This document shows positions 19,136-32,769 of a stretch of DNA of 45,078 bases, one piece after another. This DNA is from Microcoleaceae cyanobacterium (GTDB lineage Bacteria > Cyanobacteriota > Cyanobacteriia > Cyanobacteriales > Microcoleaceae), in NCBI GenBank assembly GCA_051652765.1, contig JBOFUV010000116.1:1-45078 (forward strand). Direction: 5' to 3'. The first letter of the stretch is position 1. Each line of letters starts with the position of its first letter. Made by a program: the position numbers and the translations under genes. The notes under the pieces are model-generated. The model saw nothing but the letters and a program-made list of their open reading frames with translations, was not told the origin of the DNA and did not search any database.

Positions 19136-20545
19136 TTATCCCAGAAGATAGGTCTGGGGCCGATTAGCACGAATTTCAAAACTTTTGAGATAGCCCACCG
19201 GGTCACTGGGATCAAACAATTTTTGGTCGATAAAAGCAGTCGCAGGCTCAACTTTATAGTCATCCGAGGGACAGTTAATCCCCAGTTCGGCTGCAATTTC
19301 TCGATACAAATCTGTTCTCCAGGCTTGGCGGACAACTTCTTCGGCATCCTGGGGAAACTCTGGAATTTGCCCCCAGCGTGCTGCCTGGGTGACCAACCAA
19401 AGACCTTGGGACTGCCAGAGAAACGTTGAGTGATCATTCGCAACCGATGAAACACCAGAAGGCAGATCAAAGAAAAGCGTTGTCTCTAAACTGTCCTTAA
19501 TTCGCGGTTGATTGTCAAACCCACCGTAGTTATAGTTCCCAACGATACCCGGTTGAGTAATTCCGATCTTTGCTCCAGTAAATGAACGTTGAGAAATAAT
19601 TTTAGCCACTTCTTCGCGATTTGCCGGTTCGCTGCAATACTGACACGCTTCAATCATTGCTTTCACAACAGAGCGATAGGTTTTGGGGTAGTTATTGATA
19701 AAAGATTCATTCACCGCTAGCAGTCGATCGGGGTGACCGCGCCAGATCTCCCGACCTTGAACAAAGGTGAAGCCAATCCCTTCATTGCCCGTAATTGCCC
19801 GTGTGTTCCAGGGTTCGGCGACCATGTAAGCCTGCATGGCATCGATTCTCATGTTACTGACCATTTGAGGCGGCGGCGTAATAATCAAACGCAACTGCTC
19901 AATTGGATTGATGCCAGCGGCTGCAACCAAATATCGGACAAAGTATTCATAGATGGAGGAACTCAGGACAACAGCCCAAACTCGCTCATTCAGAGGGGAC
20001 TGCTCCCAATAGGTTCGTAGCGTCTGTCCAAATGATTCCAAATCTCCCCCGTAGGTGTGCCAAGGACGAATGCCTCCGTCCCAGAGCTTTTGATTCATGG
20101 TCAGGGCATTACCGTGGCGATGAATCGTCATAGCAGCACAGAGGGGAAAGCTGCGTGCGCCTTCCGCCCCCAACCGGGCATTCGTGACCGCACCAGAGAC
20201 AACCGGAGAGGCATCCAGTCGTCCAAAAATCAGCCCGTCTCGGGAGTTCGCCCAACTTGCTTCTCGACTGAGTTGAACATTAAGGCCGTACTTCCGAAAC
20301 AGCCCTTTTTCCCAGGCAATGGCAAAGGGAGCACAGTCATTCACAGGCACAAAGCCAATCGTTAAATTCGGCTTTTCCAGACTTTCAGGTTTAATGATTG
20401 GCTCCATCGCCAAGGCCATCTCAGACATCCCAGACGGGTTGCGCGTCTCCTGGCGACATGCAGAAAATGCGATCACGGAGGCAGCAGCACCTGCACCTTG
20501 GAGGAATGATCTCCGAGTCCACTGTTGAGTCATCAGAACCTCCAA
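19136..20545 (-). CDS. NrtA/CmpA-family substrate-binding protein (Tat-like lipoprotein)
   Basis: TRRSFL signal, LEKPNLTIGFVP, PPPQMV, EPWN, W.GHP; start may be ATG 20533. Confidence 0.92.
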   Translation of the reverse strand: MEVLMTQQWTRRSFLQGAGAAASVIAFSACRQETRNPSGMSEMALAMEPIIKPESLEKPNLTIGFVPVNDCAPFAIAWEKGLFRKYGLNVQLSREASWANSRDGLIFGRLDASPVVSGAVTNARLGAEGARSFPLCAAMTIHRHGNALTMNQKLWDGGIRPWHTYGGDLESFGQTLRTYWEQSPLNERVWAVVLSSSIYEYFVRYLVAAAGINPIEQLRLIITPPPQMVSNMRIDAMQAYMVAEPWNTRAITGNEGIGFTFVQGREIWRGHPDRLLAVNESFINNYPKTYRSVVKAMIEACQYCSEPANREEVAKIISQRSFTGAKIGITQPGIVGNYNYGGFDNQPRIKDSLETTLFFDLPSGVSSVANDHSTFLWQSQGLWLVTQAARWGQIPEFPQDAEEVVRQAWRTDLYREIAAELGINCPSDDYKVEPATAFIDQKLFDPSDPVGYLKSFEIRANRPQTYLLG

Positions 20546-20548
20546 ATT

Positions 20549-21385
20549 TTAAGACCGTGCCGGACGATGGGTAATAATGGTTTGCAGCCTTGCCAGGGCA
20601 TAGTCCAAAATCAACCCCGTCAAACCAATCACAAACACAGCCAAAAATACAGAACTGACGTTCAGTCGGTTCCACTCATCCCACACAAAAAAGCCAATCC
20701 CAATTCCGCCCGTTAGCATTTCTACCGCAACGATGACTAACCAAGCAATCCCCAAACTAATCCGTAAGCCTGTAAAAATATAGGGCAAGCTCGCAGGCAG
20801 AACCACCTTGACCAACTGTTTCCAGCGAGGCATTTCCAGAACCTGAGCCACCTCCAAATAATCCTTGGGAACATTACTCACTCCCTCTGCGGTGTTGATA
20901 ATTGTAGACCAGAGAGAAGTGATGAAAATCACAAAAATCGCCGAGGGTTCAGCCGAATTAAAAATGGCAAGCGCAATTGGCAGCCAAACCAATGGCGAAA
21001 CGGGTTTAAACACCTGAATAATCGGGTTCAAGGCCAACCAAGCAGACTTGGATAAACCAATCAGAAAACCAACTGGAACAGCAACAATTGCTCCCAGCAA
21101 AAAGCCAATGCAGACCCGACGCAAACTGGCTAGGAGCAACCATCCAAGGCCAATATCACCAGGGCCACGACGGTAGAATGGATGCAGAATAAAGTCTAAG
21201 TTTTTGATCAATGCTTCTGGGGGAGTAGGCATCATTTCCTGCCTAAAGAGAGCAATTAGCCACCACAAGGCGATCACTCCCGCAAATCCAGCAATAGGTA
21301 GCAGCACATTAGGATGAACAATGCTACCCCAAAAACGCCTCGGCAGGGAAGGCCGAGCGTTTGTTGCCAAGCCCATCAAAATCAT
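20549..21385 (-). CDS. NrtB/CmpB-type ABC permease
   Basis: SLRRV..G, PVSPLVWLPI, IFTGLRISLGIAWLVIVAVEML. Confidence 0.92.
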   Translation of the reverse strand: MILMGLATNARPSLPRRFWGSIVHPNVLLPIAGFAGVIALWWLIALFRQEMMPTPPEALIKNLDFILHPFYRRGPGDIGLGWLLLASLRRVCIGFLLGAIVAVPVGFLIGLSKSAWLALNPIIQVFKPVSPLVWLPIALAIFNSAEPSAIFVIFITSLWSTIINTAEGVSNVPKDYLEVAQVLEMPRWKQLVKVVLPASLPYIFTGLRISLGIAWLVIVAVEMLTGGIGIGFFVWDEWNRLNVSSVFLAVFVIGLTGLILDYALARLQTIITHRPARS

Positions 21386-21516
21386 AGTTTATAGCACCTT
21401 AGCTTTAGCAGTGGACTAGGATCACTGAAAGTACGATCAAGAATCCTGCTGCGACGAATCCCACCTGCAAAAAACGCAAAAAACGCCTGAGCGAGTAGCA
21501 ACTACGCTATCACAGT

Positions 21517-21671
21517 CTTCTCCCGATGCCTACGAGGTTAGCTGACGGGCTAGGGCTGAGAGATGCCCCCCTTCAAAATTTTCAGCTTTGAAAGTATGCC
21601 CCTATGCTCAAAAGAGCTTGGTTCCCCCGCTTTCTCCTTCATTCCTCGTCAACTCGTAAGTTTGAAAGAAC
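21517..21671 (-). ncRNA. c-di-AMP riboswitch (ydaO/yuaA class)
   Basis: Minus strand AGCGGGGGAACC ... GGGGC ... CCCGTCAGCTAACCTCGTAGGC hallmark segments; 5' of the ABC operon; U-rich tract downstream. Confidence 0.88.
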
Positions 21672-21996
21672 AGAGTTTAAAAGCAATGAAGTCTAAATTA
21701 AGCTGACTTATTCAGTCTAGTGGATCGTAGCACCAACAACTCTCATTTGTAAATGAGATCGATCAAAGCTCTAACGCTCCGCCCTCAAGGGAGTATGCTC
21801 AGTGACTAAGCCTAGAAATTATCTCTATCCCCGCAAGCAAGAAAATTTCTGCTGGGGCTTACCTTCGAGGATGTTCTCCACTGGAAAATCTTGTCCGGCC
21901 AAGTTTGATTTCAAAACTAAAACTTTAAACCTAATTTTAAGTTAAATTTAGAATTAAATTTCAAGGGCTGATTTTAAAGAGCTGATTTTAACTAGA

Positions 21997-22105
21997 TATA
22001 GCAATCTCAAATGATTGGGAAGAAAGGGGCGTTGCCCCCTTCCTTAGGGGCGAAGTCCCCAAACCCCTCTCTAAGATCTCTCATGATTGATTTAGGATTG
22101 CTATA
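21997..22105. mobile_element. MITE-like element with IS630-type ends
   Basis: TATAGCAATCTCAAATGATT ... GATTGATTTAGGATTGCTATA inverted termini around GC-rich hairpins. Confidence 0.7.
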
Positions 22106-22175
22106 TTTCGATTAAAATTTTTGATATCGAGCTAAGTTCGAGCTCTTAGTCTTGGATTGGTAGAAGTAGGCTCTT

Positions 22176-22928
22176 ATGGTCTGTTATGGTGTTAGGATGA
22201 ACCAAAATTATCAGGATGAAATGAACCCTAATTCAACTACCGAGACTTCTAGAGTTGCTCCTGGCTCAGAAGGAGGAGCTGTGAACATTGACCCTCAGGC
22301 AGAAGCACAAACCCCTGAGCTAGAGTTTTCTGCGGAGTCTCCTGACTCCTCGACAGCCGCCTCATCCGTTTCTCAAGCAGAGGATGTTCGGGAAACAGAT
22401 GGCAGCGAACAGGGGCAAGTAGACTTCGTCTCCCTAGCTCGGGCCAATGAGTTATTAAACACCCAGTTAGAAGATATCAATGGGCAGTATCGTCGCTTGG
22501 CGGCGGACTTTGAGAATTTCCGTAAACGTTCTCAGAAGGAGAAAGAGGAGTTAGAAGTCCGGATCAAAAGCACCACAATTCAGAAGTTACTCCCTGTTGT
22601 TGATAGTTTTGAGCGGGCGCGATCGCACATCAAGCCTGAATCCGAGGGCGAAATGACTATCCACAAGAGCTACCAGGGTGTTTATAAACAGATGGTGGAT
22701 TGCCTAAAACAAGTTGGCGTTTCTGTAATGCGTCCTGAAGGCGAAATGTTTAACCCTAGCCTTCATGAGGCGGTGATGCGGGAACCAACAGACCAGCATC
22801 CTGAAGGCACTGTCATTGAAGAACTTGTGCGCGGGTATATTATGGAAGACCGGGTTCTACGGCACGCCATGGTCAAAGTTGCAGCCCCTCTCGAATCTGA
22901 TGAGTCTGAACCGACCCCAGAAGGATGA
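22176..22928 (+). CDS. grpE: Nucleotide exchange factor GrpE
   Basis: [32 protein letters not shown]....[10 protein letters not shown]; start may be 22197. Confidence 0.96.
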   Translation: MVCYGVRMNQNYQDEMNPNSTTETSRVAPGSEGGAVNIDPQAEAQTPELEFSAESPDSSTAASSVSQAEDVRETDGSEQGQVDFVSLARANELLNTQLEDINGQYRRLAADFENFRKRSQKEKEELEVRIKSTTIQKLLPVVDSFERARSHIKPESEGEMTIHKSYQGVYKQMVDCLKQVGVSVMRPEGEMFNPSLHEAVMREPTDQHPEGTVIEELVRGYIMEDRVLRHAMVKVAAPLESDESEPTPEG

Positions 22929-23171
22929 TAGGGCACTAACCTCAACGACTTACCTAGGCTAGAGGTTAAACTAGGTAATGTGCTGATCGCCAAATCTAGA
23001 GCAGGATCAATCTTGAAAGCCCTAGCCTTAGGAAGGCCAAACCTTAGGAAGGCCAAACTAAAGATCTGGCTTTGGCAGATCCCAGGGATAGGATATTTCT
23101 AAAGTACAGATTAAAAGTACAGATTATCCGTTCTAGTTCATCGCTTTGCACCAGTCTATTGCCAAGGCACT

Positions 23172-26490
<3,319 letters not shown>

Positions 26491-26499
26491 GCAATTAAA

Positions 26500-26600
26500 A
26501 TTCAGCGTTTAGCGTTCAGTATTTAGCGTTTAGCACTTAGCATTCAGAACTTAGCATTCAGAACTTAGCATTCAGAACTTAGAACTTAGGAGCTTTAGCG
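26500..26600. repeat. 7/14-bp short tandem repeats (TTAGCATTCAGAAC)
   Basis: Direct reading; STRR-like. Confidence 0.75.
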
Positions 26601-26605
26601 TAAGT

Positions 26606-26863
26606 ATGACTCAAGTAGCAACTTCAGGCCCTGATGCTCAGATGGATTTGCGGGGAACGCCTTGTCCTCTCAACTTTGTTAAAACGAAGTTATGTCTAGA
26701 AAAGATGGCACCGGGCTCAAGGTTAGAGGTCTGGCTTGATCCGGGTGAGCCGATTGAGCAAGTTCCAGACAGCTTACGAATGGAAGGATATGAGATTGAG
26801 AACATTGAAGACCATTCTGAGTTTTTTGCGGTTTGGGTTCGGTGTCCCCAAACTCAGGTATGA
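26606..26863 (+). CDS. TusA/SirA-family sulfur carrier
   Basis: DLRGTPCPLNFVKTKL motif. Confidence 0.9.
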   Translation: MTQVATSGPDAQMDLRGTPCPLNFVKTKLCLEKMAPGSRLEVWLDPGEPIEQVPDSLRMEGYEIENIEDHSEFFAVWVRCPQTQV

Positions 26864-28152
26864 GTTCAACTGACCCTTGTCTTCCTCACTCTAACCCTTC
26901 TAAATCTAACCCTTCTAAATCTAACCCGTTTGAATCTACCCCTTCTAAACTCAACTTGCCTGAGCTTAATGTTTACGGCAATGACCCTCAAATATACGAT
27001 GCTCAAATCGATGTTGCAGCTTCACTTTTAGGAACAGTTTTAGGAACAGTAACAGCAGTTCAAGCCAACTTTTACCAAGTTCAGCTCGAACTTCCAGTTG
27101 ATGCTGACCATAGTTCTTCTATTACAACATTGCTCTGTACCCGCCGGACTCGCCTGAAAAAGATTGGCCAAAATGTCATGGTGGGGGATCAAGTGAGGAT
27201 TGAGGAGCCAGATTGGGCCGGAGGTCGTGGAGCGATCGCCCAAGTGTTCCCCCGCAGAACTGAGTTAACTCGTCCTCCCATTGCCAATGCCAACCAGATT
27301 TTGCTAGTCTTCGCTGTTACTGAACCTGATCTAGACCCCTACACCCTCAGTCGGTTCTTAGTCAAAGCTGAATCTACCCAGTTAAGGGTGAGATTGTGTT
27401 TGAATAAGTGTGATTTAGTGACAACGGCAGTCTTGGAGCATTGGCAAAATCGTCTCACAACTTGGGGCTACGACCCGGTTTTTTTGAGCGTGCAGCAACA
27501 ACAGGAATATCAGCCTTCAGTTCAAGCGGAAGGTATAGAGCCTGTGACCCTCCTCCATCACCTTCAGGAAAGAATTACAATTATTTCTGGCCCCTCAGGG
27601 GTTGGGAAGTCTAGCCTGATCAACTGGCTGATTCCTCAGATGAACTTGAGGGTCGGGGCTGTTTCGGGAAAACTGGGACGGGGGAGACATACAACTCGCC
27701 ATGTTGAGCTGTTCGAGTTGCCAACAGGGGGGTTACTGGCGGATTCCCCTGGGTTTAATCAAGCCCCATTGGACTGCGATCCTCAGACCCTAGTTCAGTG
27801 TTTTCCAGAAGCAAAGCAACTATTTGCCCAGAATACCTGTCAGTTTGGCGACTGTCTGCACCGAGATGAACCGAACTGCGGGGTTCGGGGAAACTGGGAA
27901 CGATATAAACATTACCTTGATTTTTTGGCCGAGGTGATTGCTTGCCAAGAAACCTTACAACAGCAGCCCGATACAGAATCTAGTCTAAAAACCAAGATGA
28001 AACCGGGCGGCAAGCAACACTCTGAACCCAAGCTAGCGACTAAAAAATACCGTCGTCCCTCTCGCCGCCTCCAACATCAAATCCTACAAACAACCTACGA
28101 CGGCATGACCCATAAAGATATTGCAGCATCAGAAGAAATGACCGAGGAATGA
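26860..28152 (+). CDS. rsgA: Ribosome small subunit-dependent GTPase RsgA
   Basis: NKCD, GPSGVGKSS, GRHTT, DSPG, CQFGDCLH.DEPNC; ATG 26860 overlaps the upstream stop. Confidence 0.95.
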   Translation: MSSTDPCLPHSNPSKSNPSKSNPFESTPSKLNLPELNVYGNDPQIYDAQIDVAASLLGTVLGTVTAVQANFYQVQLELPVDADHSSSITTLLCTRRTRLKKIGQNVMVGDQVRIEEPDWAGGRGAIAQVFPRRTELTRPPIANANQILLVFAVTEPDLDPYTLSRFLVKAESTQLRVRLCLNKCDLVTTAVLEHWQNRLTTWGYDPVFLSVQQQQEYQPSVQAEGIEPVTLLHHLQERITIISGPSGVGKSSLINWLIPQMNLRVGAVSGKLGRGRHTTRHVELFELPTGGLLADSPGFNQAPLDCDPQTLVQCFPEAKQLFAQNTCQFGDCLHRDEPNCGVRGNWERYKHYLDFLAEVIACQETLQQQPDTESSLKTKMKPGGKQHSEPKLATKKYRRPSRRLQHQILQTTYDGMTHKDIAASEEMTEE

Positions 28153-28231
28153 TGAACTTTACATTGGAGTTTATGCTGGGCTGCTAGTTGCTACTTTCAG
28201 AAGGCTTTATATTCAAATTGATTGATTCTAT

Positions 28232-29971
28232 CTACTGACCAAAATAGTAGTCATACAAATCAGGAACAAGCTGAAAGTTGTCTGATTGATAATCTTGAGG
28301 ATCAACAACGTCTTGAGAGGTTAGGTACTGAGCAATTAATTCTCGGATTCCCTCGGTGGATTGCCACAGGACTTGACCTGCTTTAAACATTTCATATCCT
28401 CCTCCTCCCAAAGCTCGATAGTTGTTCAATGCTACCTGGAAAAGTTGTCCGGGACGAACTTCTTTGCCTTGAAACTGTAGACGAGTCACTCGCCGCCCCA
28501 CAGGTTTAGTTAAATCAAGCGTGTAGTCAATCCCAGTGTAAAGATCCCAATTATAACTCTGCTGATTTTCAGCAATCATTGCCTCCGGAGAGTCGGGTAA
28601 TTCAGAGGGGACTGGCTTGAAATACGCCGCATTTTTTTCTAGGGCTTGGCGTAGCCCATCACCCGTAATTTCGACAACAAATAAAGAATTGTCAAATGGA
28701 TAAATGCTATAGGCATCCCGCAAGGTAATTTGCCCTTGCGGGATCTGTCCGGTGTTGGTGAAAATAGCCGTTAGCGCCAGATCAACTGGGTGTTCCGCTG
28801 CCTCAGCGGCCTGAATTTGAACTGTATTGACTAAGTTTGCCAAGGCACTACTGTGATAGCGGGCTGCTGTTCCGCCGACAAAGGCTGCCTTTGCTTGCCC
28901 AATGGGTTGATTGATATAATTCAGGGTCTGTTGATGATAGGGCGTGAACTGTTCCACAAAACTCGGATCGGGAATCACCTCCACAGCCGAAAGGTTAGTT
29001 GCGTCTTTGCTCACAATCTTCCACCCTTGGGGGCTCTGTTGAAGCTGTAGGGTGAATTTACTCAGGGCTTTACCCCAATAGGAAGGCTCGGCAATCAAGA
29101 CATTGTTGATGACTGCTTTAGGAACATTCAAGTGAGAATGTCCTGCCAGAATCAAATCAATGCCCGGTACGGTCTGGGCAAGAGCAATTGTGACATTATC
29201 TCCCACAGTTGATCCGGTGGATTCCCAAGTGCTGAGATCTTGTAACCAACTGGCAGGATTGGAGCGTTCTTGGGGAGCTTTTTCCCAGCCAGTATGTTGA
29301 GCCACGATAATCACATCGGCCCCCTGTTGACGCATTTGAGGAATATACCGCTGGGCAGTTGTGATCGGATCAGCCAACGATAGCTCTCCGAAGTTTTGTG
29401 GGGGGAGCCAGTTGACCACACCAGGGGTCGTCAACCCTAGAATTCCAACTTGAATCCCATCTAACTCACGGATCAGATAAGGCTTAAAGCCCGGAGTTCC
29501 ATCTGGACGAATCACGTTGGCACAGAGTACGGGAGCCGCGAGTTGGTCAGTCCAGCGGGTTAGAACCTCCATGCCAAAGTCAAAATCATGGTTTCCGAGA
29601 ACCACGGCATCGAACCCCATCTCGTTAAACGCGGTAGCAATCGGGTGGGGCGTTTGGATGTCCAGCGTGTTGTAATAGTTGGCCAAGGGAGTGCCCTGAA
29701 TGGTATCTCCGTTGTCAATCACAAGCACATTTGGGTTTTGCGATCGCTCCTGTTTAATCAGTGTTGTGATCTGGGCAAGTCCCCCTTGGGCAGGTTGATT
29801 TGCCAGGTAATCCCAGGGCATCAAATTGCCATGAATATCACTGGTTTCTAGAATGGTAATGGTTTTGATTAAGGTCGATTGAGCAGGGAACACAACTAAG
29901 ACAGTGAATAAGAGTGCAGAGCTAAACAGGAGTAACGAAAATATTGTTCGAAGTATCGTTCGACGGATCAT
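28232..29971 (-). CDS. Secreted 2',3'-cyclic-nucleotide phosphodiesterase/5'-nucleotidase (CpdB-like)
   Basis: TSDIHG, DNGDTIQG, GNHDFD, GHSH; C-terminal YPFDN, NNYRA.GGGGY. Confidence 0.9.
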   Translation of the reverse strand: MIRRTILRTIFSLLLFSSALLFTVLVVFPAQSTLIKTITILETSDIHGNLMPWDYLANQPAQGGLAQITTLIKQERSQNPNVLVIDNGDTIQGTPLANYYNTLDIQTPHPIATAFNEMGFDAVVLGNHDFDFGMEVLTRWTDQLAAPVLCANVIRPDGTPGFKPYLIRELDGIQVGILGLTTPGVVNWLPPQNFGELSLADPITTAQRYIPQMRQQGADVIIVAQHTGWEKAPQERSNPASWLQDLSTWESTGSTVGDNVTIALAQTVPGIDLILAGHSHLNVPKAVINNVLIAEPSYWGKALSKFTLQLQQSPQGWKIVSKDATNLSAVEVIPDPSFVEQFTPYHQQTLNYINQPIGQAKAAFVGGTAARYHSSALANLVNTVQIQAAEAAEHPVDLALTAIFTNTGQIPQGQITLRDAYSIYPFDNSLFVVEITGDGLRQALEKNAAYFKPVPSELPDSPEAMIAENQQSYNWDLYTGIDYTLDLTKPVGRRVTRLQFQGKEVRPGQLFQVALNNYRALGGGGYEMFKAGQVLWQSTEGIRELIAQYLTSQDVVDPQDYQSDNFQLVPDLYDYYFGQ

Positions 29972-30246
29972 AAGAGGATTGGAATCGTGCGGTTTAAACC
30001 TATGATTGTAAATGTTTCGTGAATTCTTTAAAGCTGACTTAAAGCGTTGATAAAGTCAATAAACTTTTTCAGTAAGACCTTATCGGGTAGAAATGGCTTT
30101 AGGCTAGAATATTTGCCCACAACATGGCTTATTTTAACAGTTAGTTAACCTGGGGGAGTTAATCTAAGACTGGGCTCTGAAAGCCTTGTCGATCTAGGTC
30201 AATCTTGATAAGATCTTGAGTAAATTGAAGGATTAAAAAGCTGCTA

Positions 30247-31455
30247 GTGAACGGGTTTTTAAATGATATCCTACTGACTCTAGCTATAGCCTTAGCGCTT
30301 CCAGTTAGCGTTCTTTTCATTGAATGTATTGTTGCCTTTTTTGCGAGACCCGTTGATGTCGATCAGAAGCAATCCATTCAGGGTAAGGTTTCTGTCCTCA
30401 TCCCAGCCCATAACGAAGCGTTGCAGATCCAACAAACTTTAGAGGCTTTGTTGCCTCAACTTCCAGCCCCTGAACAGATTGTCGTTGTCGCAGACAACTG
30501 TACCGATGAGACAGCGATGATCGCTCGTCACCTCGGAAGTACCGTAATTGAGCGCAATAATCTTGAACAGCTTGGCAAAGGATATGCCCTAGACTACGGC
30601 CTAGAGTTTCTGGCCAACAGCCCCCCCGAAGTTGTGGTGATGGTCGATGCCGATTGTCAGGTTCAACCTGGAGCGGTTTCTCGGATTGCTCAGTTGTCTC
30701 AGGAAACCGGGCGGCCTGTACAAGCTTTGTATTTGATGGAAACTCCAGTCAATCCAAGCTCCAAGGATTCCATCTCTGCCTTGGCCTTCCTGGTGAAAAA
30801 TTACGTCCGGCCTGAAGGATTGCGCCAACTAGGAATTCCTTGTGCTTTGACGGGAACGGGAATGGCATTTCCCTGGGAGTCTTTACAGCAGATTTCTCTG
30901 GCGAGCGGCAATATTGTTGAGGATATGCAATTGGGCCTAGACTTGGCGATCGCTGGATATCCGCCTCTGTTCTGCCCTGATGCCAAAGTGATGGGCATAT
31001 TGCCCCAACAGGAACAAGCCGCCACTCGCCAACGCACCCGCTGGGAACATGGCCATTTACAGTTGATTCTGACCCAAGCCCCTCGCTTGATTGGTGCGGC
31101 CCTGCAGCAAAAGCGTTGGGATTTGTTGGCAATGGCTTTGGACTTGAGTGTTCCACCCTTGTCTCTGCTGATTATGGTGTGGCTTGGGGTTACCATTATG
31201 GCAGGGCTGGCAACGTTAGTTGGATTGTCTGGGCAACCCTTGGTACTATTGACTGTTGAAGGCGGGCTACTGTTGTTGGCGATTGCCTTCGCGTGGGTAA
31301 AGTTCGGTCGGACTCAGATTCCCCTTCAAACGTTGCTGAGTATTCCGGGCTATATTCTCTGGAAGATTCCGCTGTACTTTGCTTTTGTGTTCAAGCGTCA
31401 ACAGGAATGGGTGCGAACGGATCGGGACTCAACTAGCACGTCTAAACCCTCATGA
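30247..31455 (+). CDS. Glycosyltransferase family 2
   Basis: IPAHNE, DNCTD, GKG.AL, DAD, VED, QRTRW. Confidence 0.93.
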   Translation: MNGFLNDILLTLAIALALPVSVLFIECIVAFFARPVDVDQKQSIQGKVSVLIPAHNEALQIQQTLEALLPQLPAPEQIVVVADNCTDETAMIARHLGSTVIERNNLEQLGKGYALDYGLEFLANSPPEVVVMVDADCQVQPGAVSRIAQLSQETGRPVQALYLMETPVNPSSKDSISALAFLVKNYVRPEGLRQLGIPCALTGTGMAFPWESLQQISLASGNIVEDMQLGLDLAIAGYPPLFCPDAKVMGILPQQEQAATRQRTRWEHGHLQLILTQAPRLIGAALQQKRWDLLAMALDLSVPPLSLLIMVWLGVTIMAGLATLVGLSGQPLVLLTVEGGLLLLAIAFAWVKFGRTQIPLQTLLSIPGYILWKIPLYFAFVFKRQQEWVRTDRDSTSTSKPS

Positions 31456-32675
31456 AAATTGCGTACTTTGTTAATCTGTATCCTAAGGTCAGTCATAGTT
31501 TTATCCGGCGCGAAATTTTAGGGGTTGAAGCCTGTGGGATAGAAGTCCTGAGGGTAGCTGTCCGTCGTGTTAATGAAGAATTGGTTGATGAAGCAGACCA
31601 ATTGGAGCAGGAAAAAACTCGTTACCTGCTGAGCGTCGGTTGGTTTGGCTTGTTGTCCCATAGCTTAAAAGTGATTCTGACTCGTCCTGCCTTATTTTTT
31701 CAAGCTCTGGGGCTGACGTATCAGATCGGGATCAACTCCGAACGGGGACTGCTGTATAACTTTATTTATCTCGCTGAAGCCTGCGTCTTGTTGCACTGGC
31801 TCCTAGAGGCCCAAGTTGACCAGGTTCATGTACACTTTGGGACTAACTCCGCAACGGTAGCCATGTTGTGTAACGCCCTGGGAGGGCCGCCTTATAGTTT
31901 GACCGTGCATGGCCCAGAAGAATTTGACAAACCCCAGGCGATCGCCCTTACTGAAAAAATTCAACGCTCCAGCTTCGTGGTTGCGATTAGTTCCTACGGC
32001 AAAAGTCAACTGTTTCGCTGGTGTCCCTATACTCAGTGGCCCAAAATTCATGTGGTGCGGTGTGGAGTAGATCAGTTGTTCTTGGAGCAGCCTTGCCGTC
32101 CAATTCCAAATGAACCACGGCTGATTTGTGTCGGTCGCCTGAGTGAACAGAAGGGGCATTTGATGTTGGTAGAAGCAGCCAATCAGTTGGCTCTGGAGGG
32201 ACTCAGGTTCAAACTCATCTTGGTTGGCGATGGTTCTCTCCGACCCCAAATCGAAGCCCGGATTGCTCAGTGTGGTTTGGAAGACTGGATTGAAATTACA
32301 GGCTGGGCGACGAATGAGGAAGTTCAGCAGCAGATTTTAGCAGCTCAGATCCTAGTATTACCTAGCTTTGCTGAGGGATTACCCGTGGTGATTATGGAGG
32401 CCCTAGCCCTTTCCCGCCCGGTGATTAGTACCTATGTTGCCGGAATTCCCGAGTTGGTGGAACCTGGTGAGAATGGTTGGTTAGTCCCCGCAGGCTCTGT
32501 GGAAGCCTTGGTTGAGGTCATGCGAACCGCTCTGAATACTCCTGTGGAGCAACTGGCAACTATGGGTAAACATGGAGCTGAAAAAGTGTTTAAGCTTCAC
32601 AATATTGCTACCGAATCTTCTCGATTAGCCACTCTATTTCAAGAGATGAAAGACAAGCGTTCATTGATAACTTGA
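31452..32675 (+). CDS. Glycosyltransferase family 4 (WcaL-like)
   Basis: SHSFIRREI, HVHF, VGRLSEQKG, EGLPVVIMEA. Confidence 0.93.
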   Translation: MKIAYFVNLYPKVSHSFIRREILGVEACGIEVLRVAVRRVNEELVDEADQLEQEKTRYLLSVGWFGLLSHSLKVILTRPALFFQALGLTYQIGINSERGLLYNFIYLAEACVLLHWLLEAQVDQVHVHFGTNSATVAMLCNALGGPPYSLTVHGPEEFDKPQAIALTEKIQRSSFVVAISSYGKSQLFRWCPYTQWPKIHVVRCGVDQLFLEQPCRPIPNEPRLICVGRLSEQKGHLMLVEAANQLALEGLRFKLILVGDGSLRPQIEARIAQCGLEDWIEITGWATNEEVQQQILAAQILVLPSFAEGLPVVIMEALALSRPVISTYVAGIPELVEPGENGWLVPAGSVEALVEVMRTALNTPVEQLATMGKHGAEKVFKLHNIATESSRLATLFQEMKDKRSLIT

Positions 32676-32769
32676 TGGTTTGATACCTTGCTTCAGCCTT
32701 TGAAAATTACCTTTTTTTGACTAATCTTTTGGAGAGGAAGTTTTGTGGTTTCTAGCATTGAGCCAAGAT

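Noticed and set aside
28232..29971. Functional link between the CpdB-like phosphodiesterase and the c-di-AMP riboswitch
   Set aside because: Separated by 6.5 kb of unrelated chaperone genes; nothing in the sequence supports co-regulation
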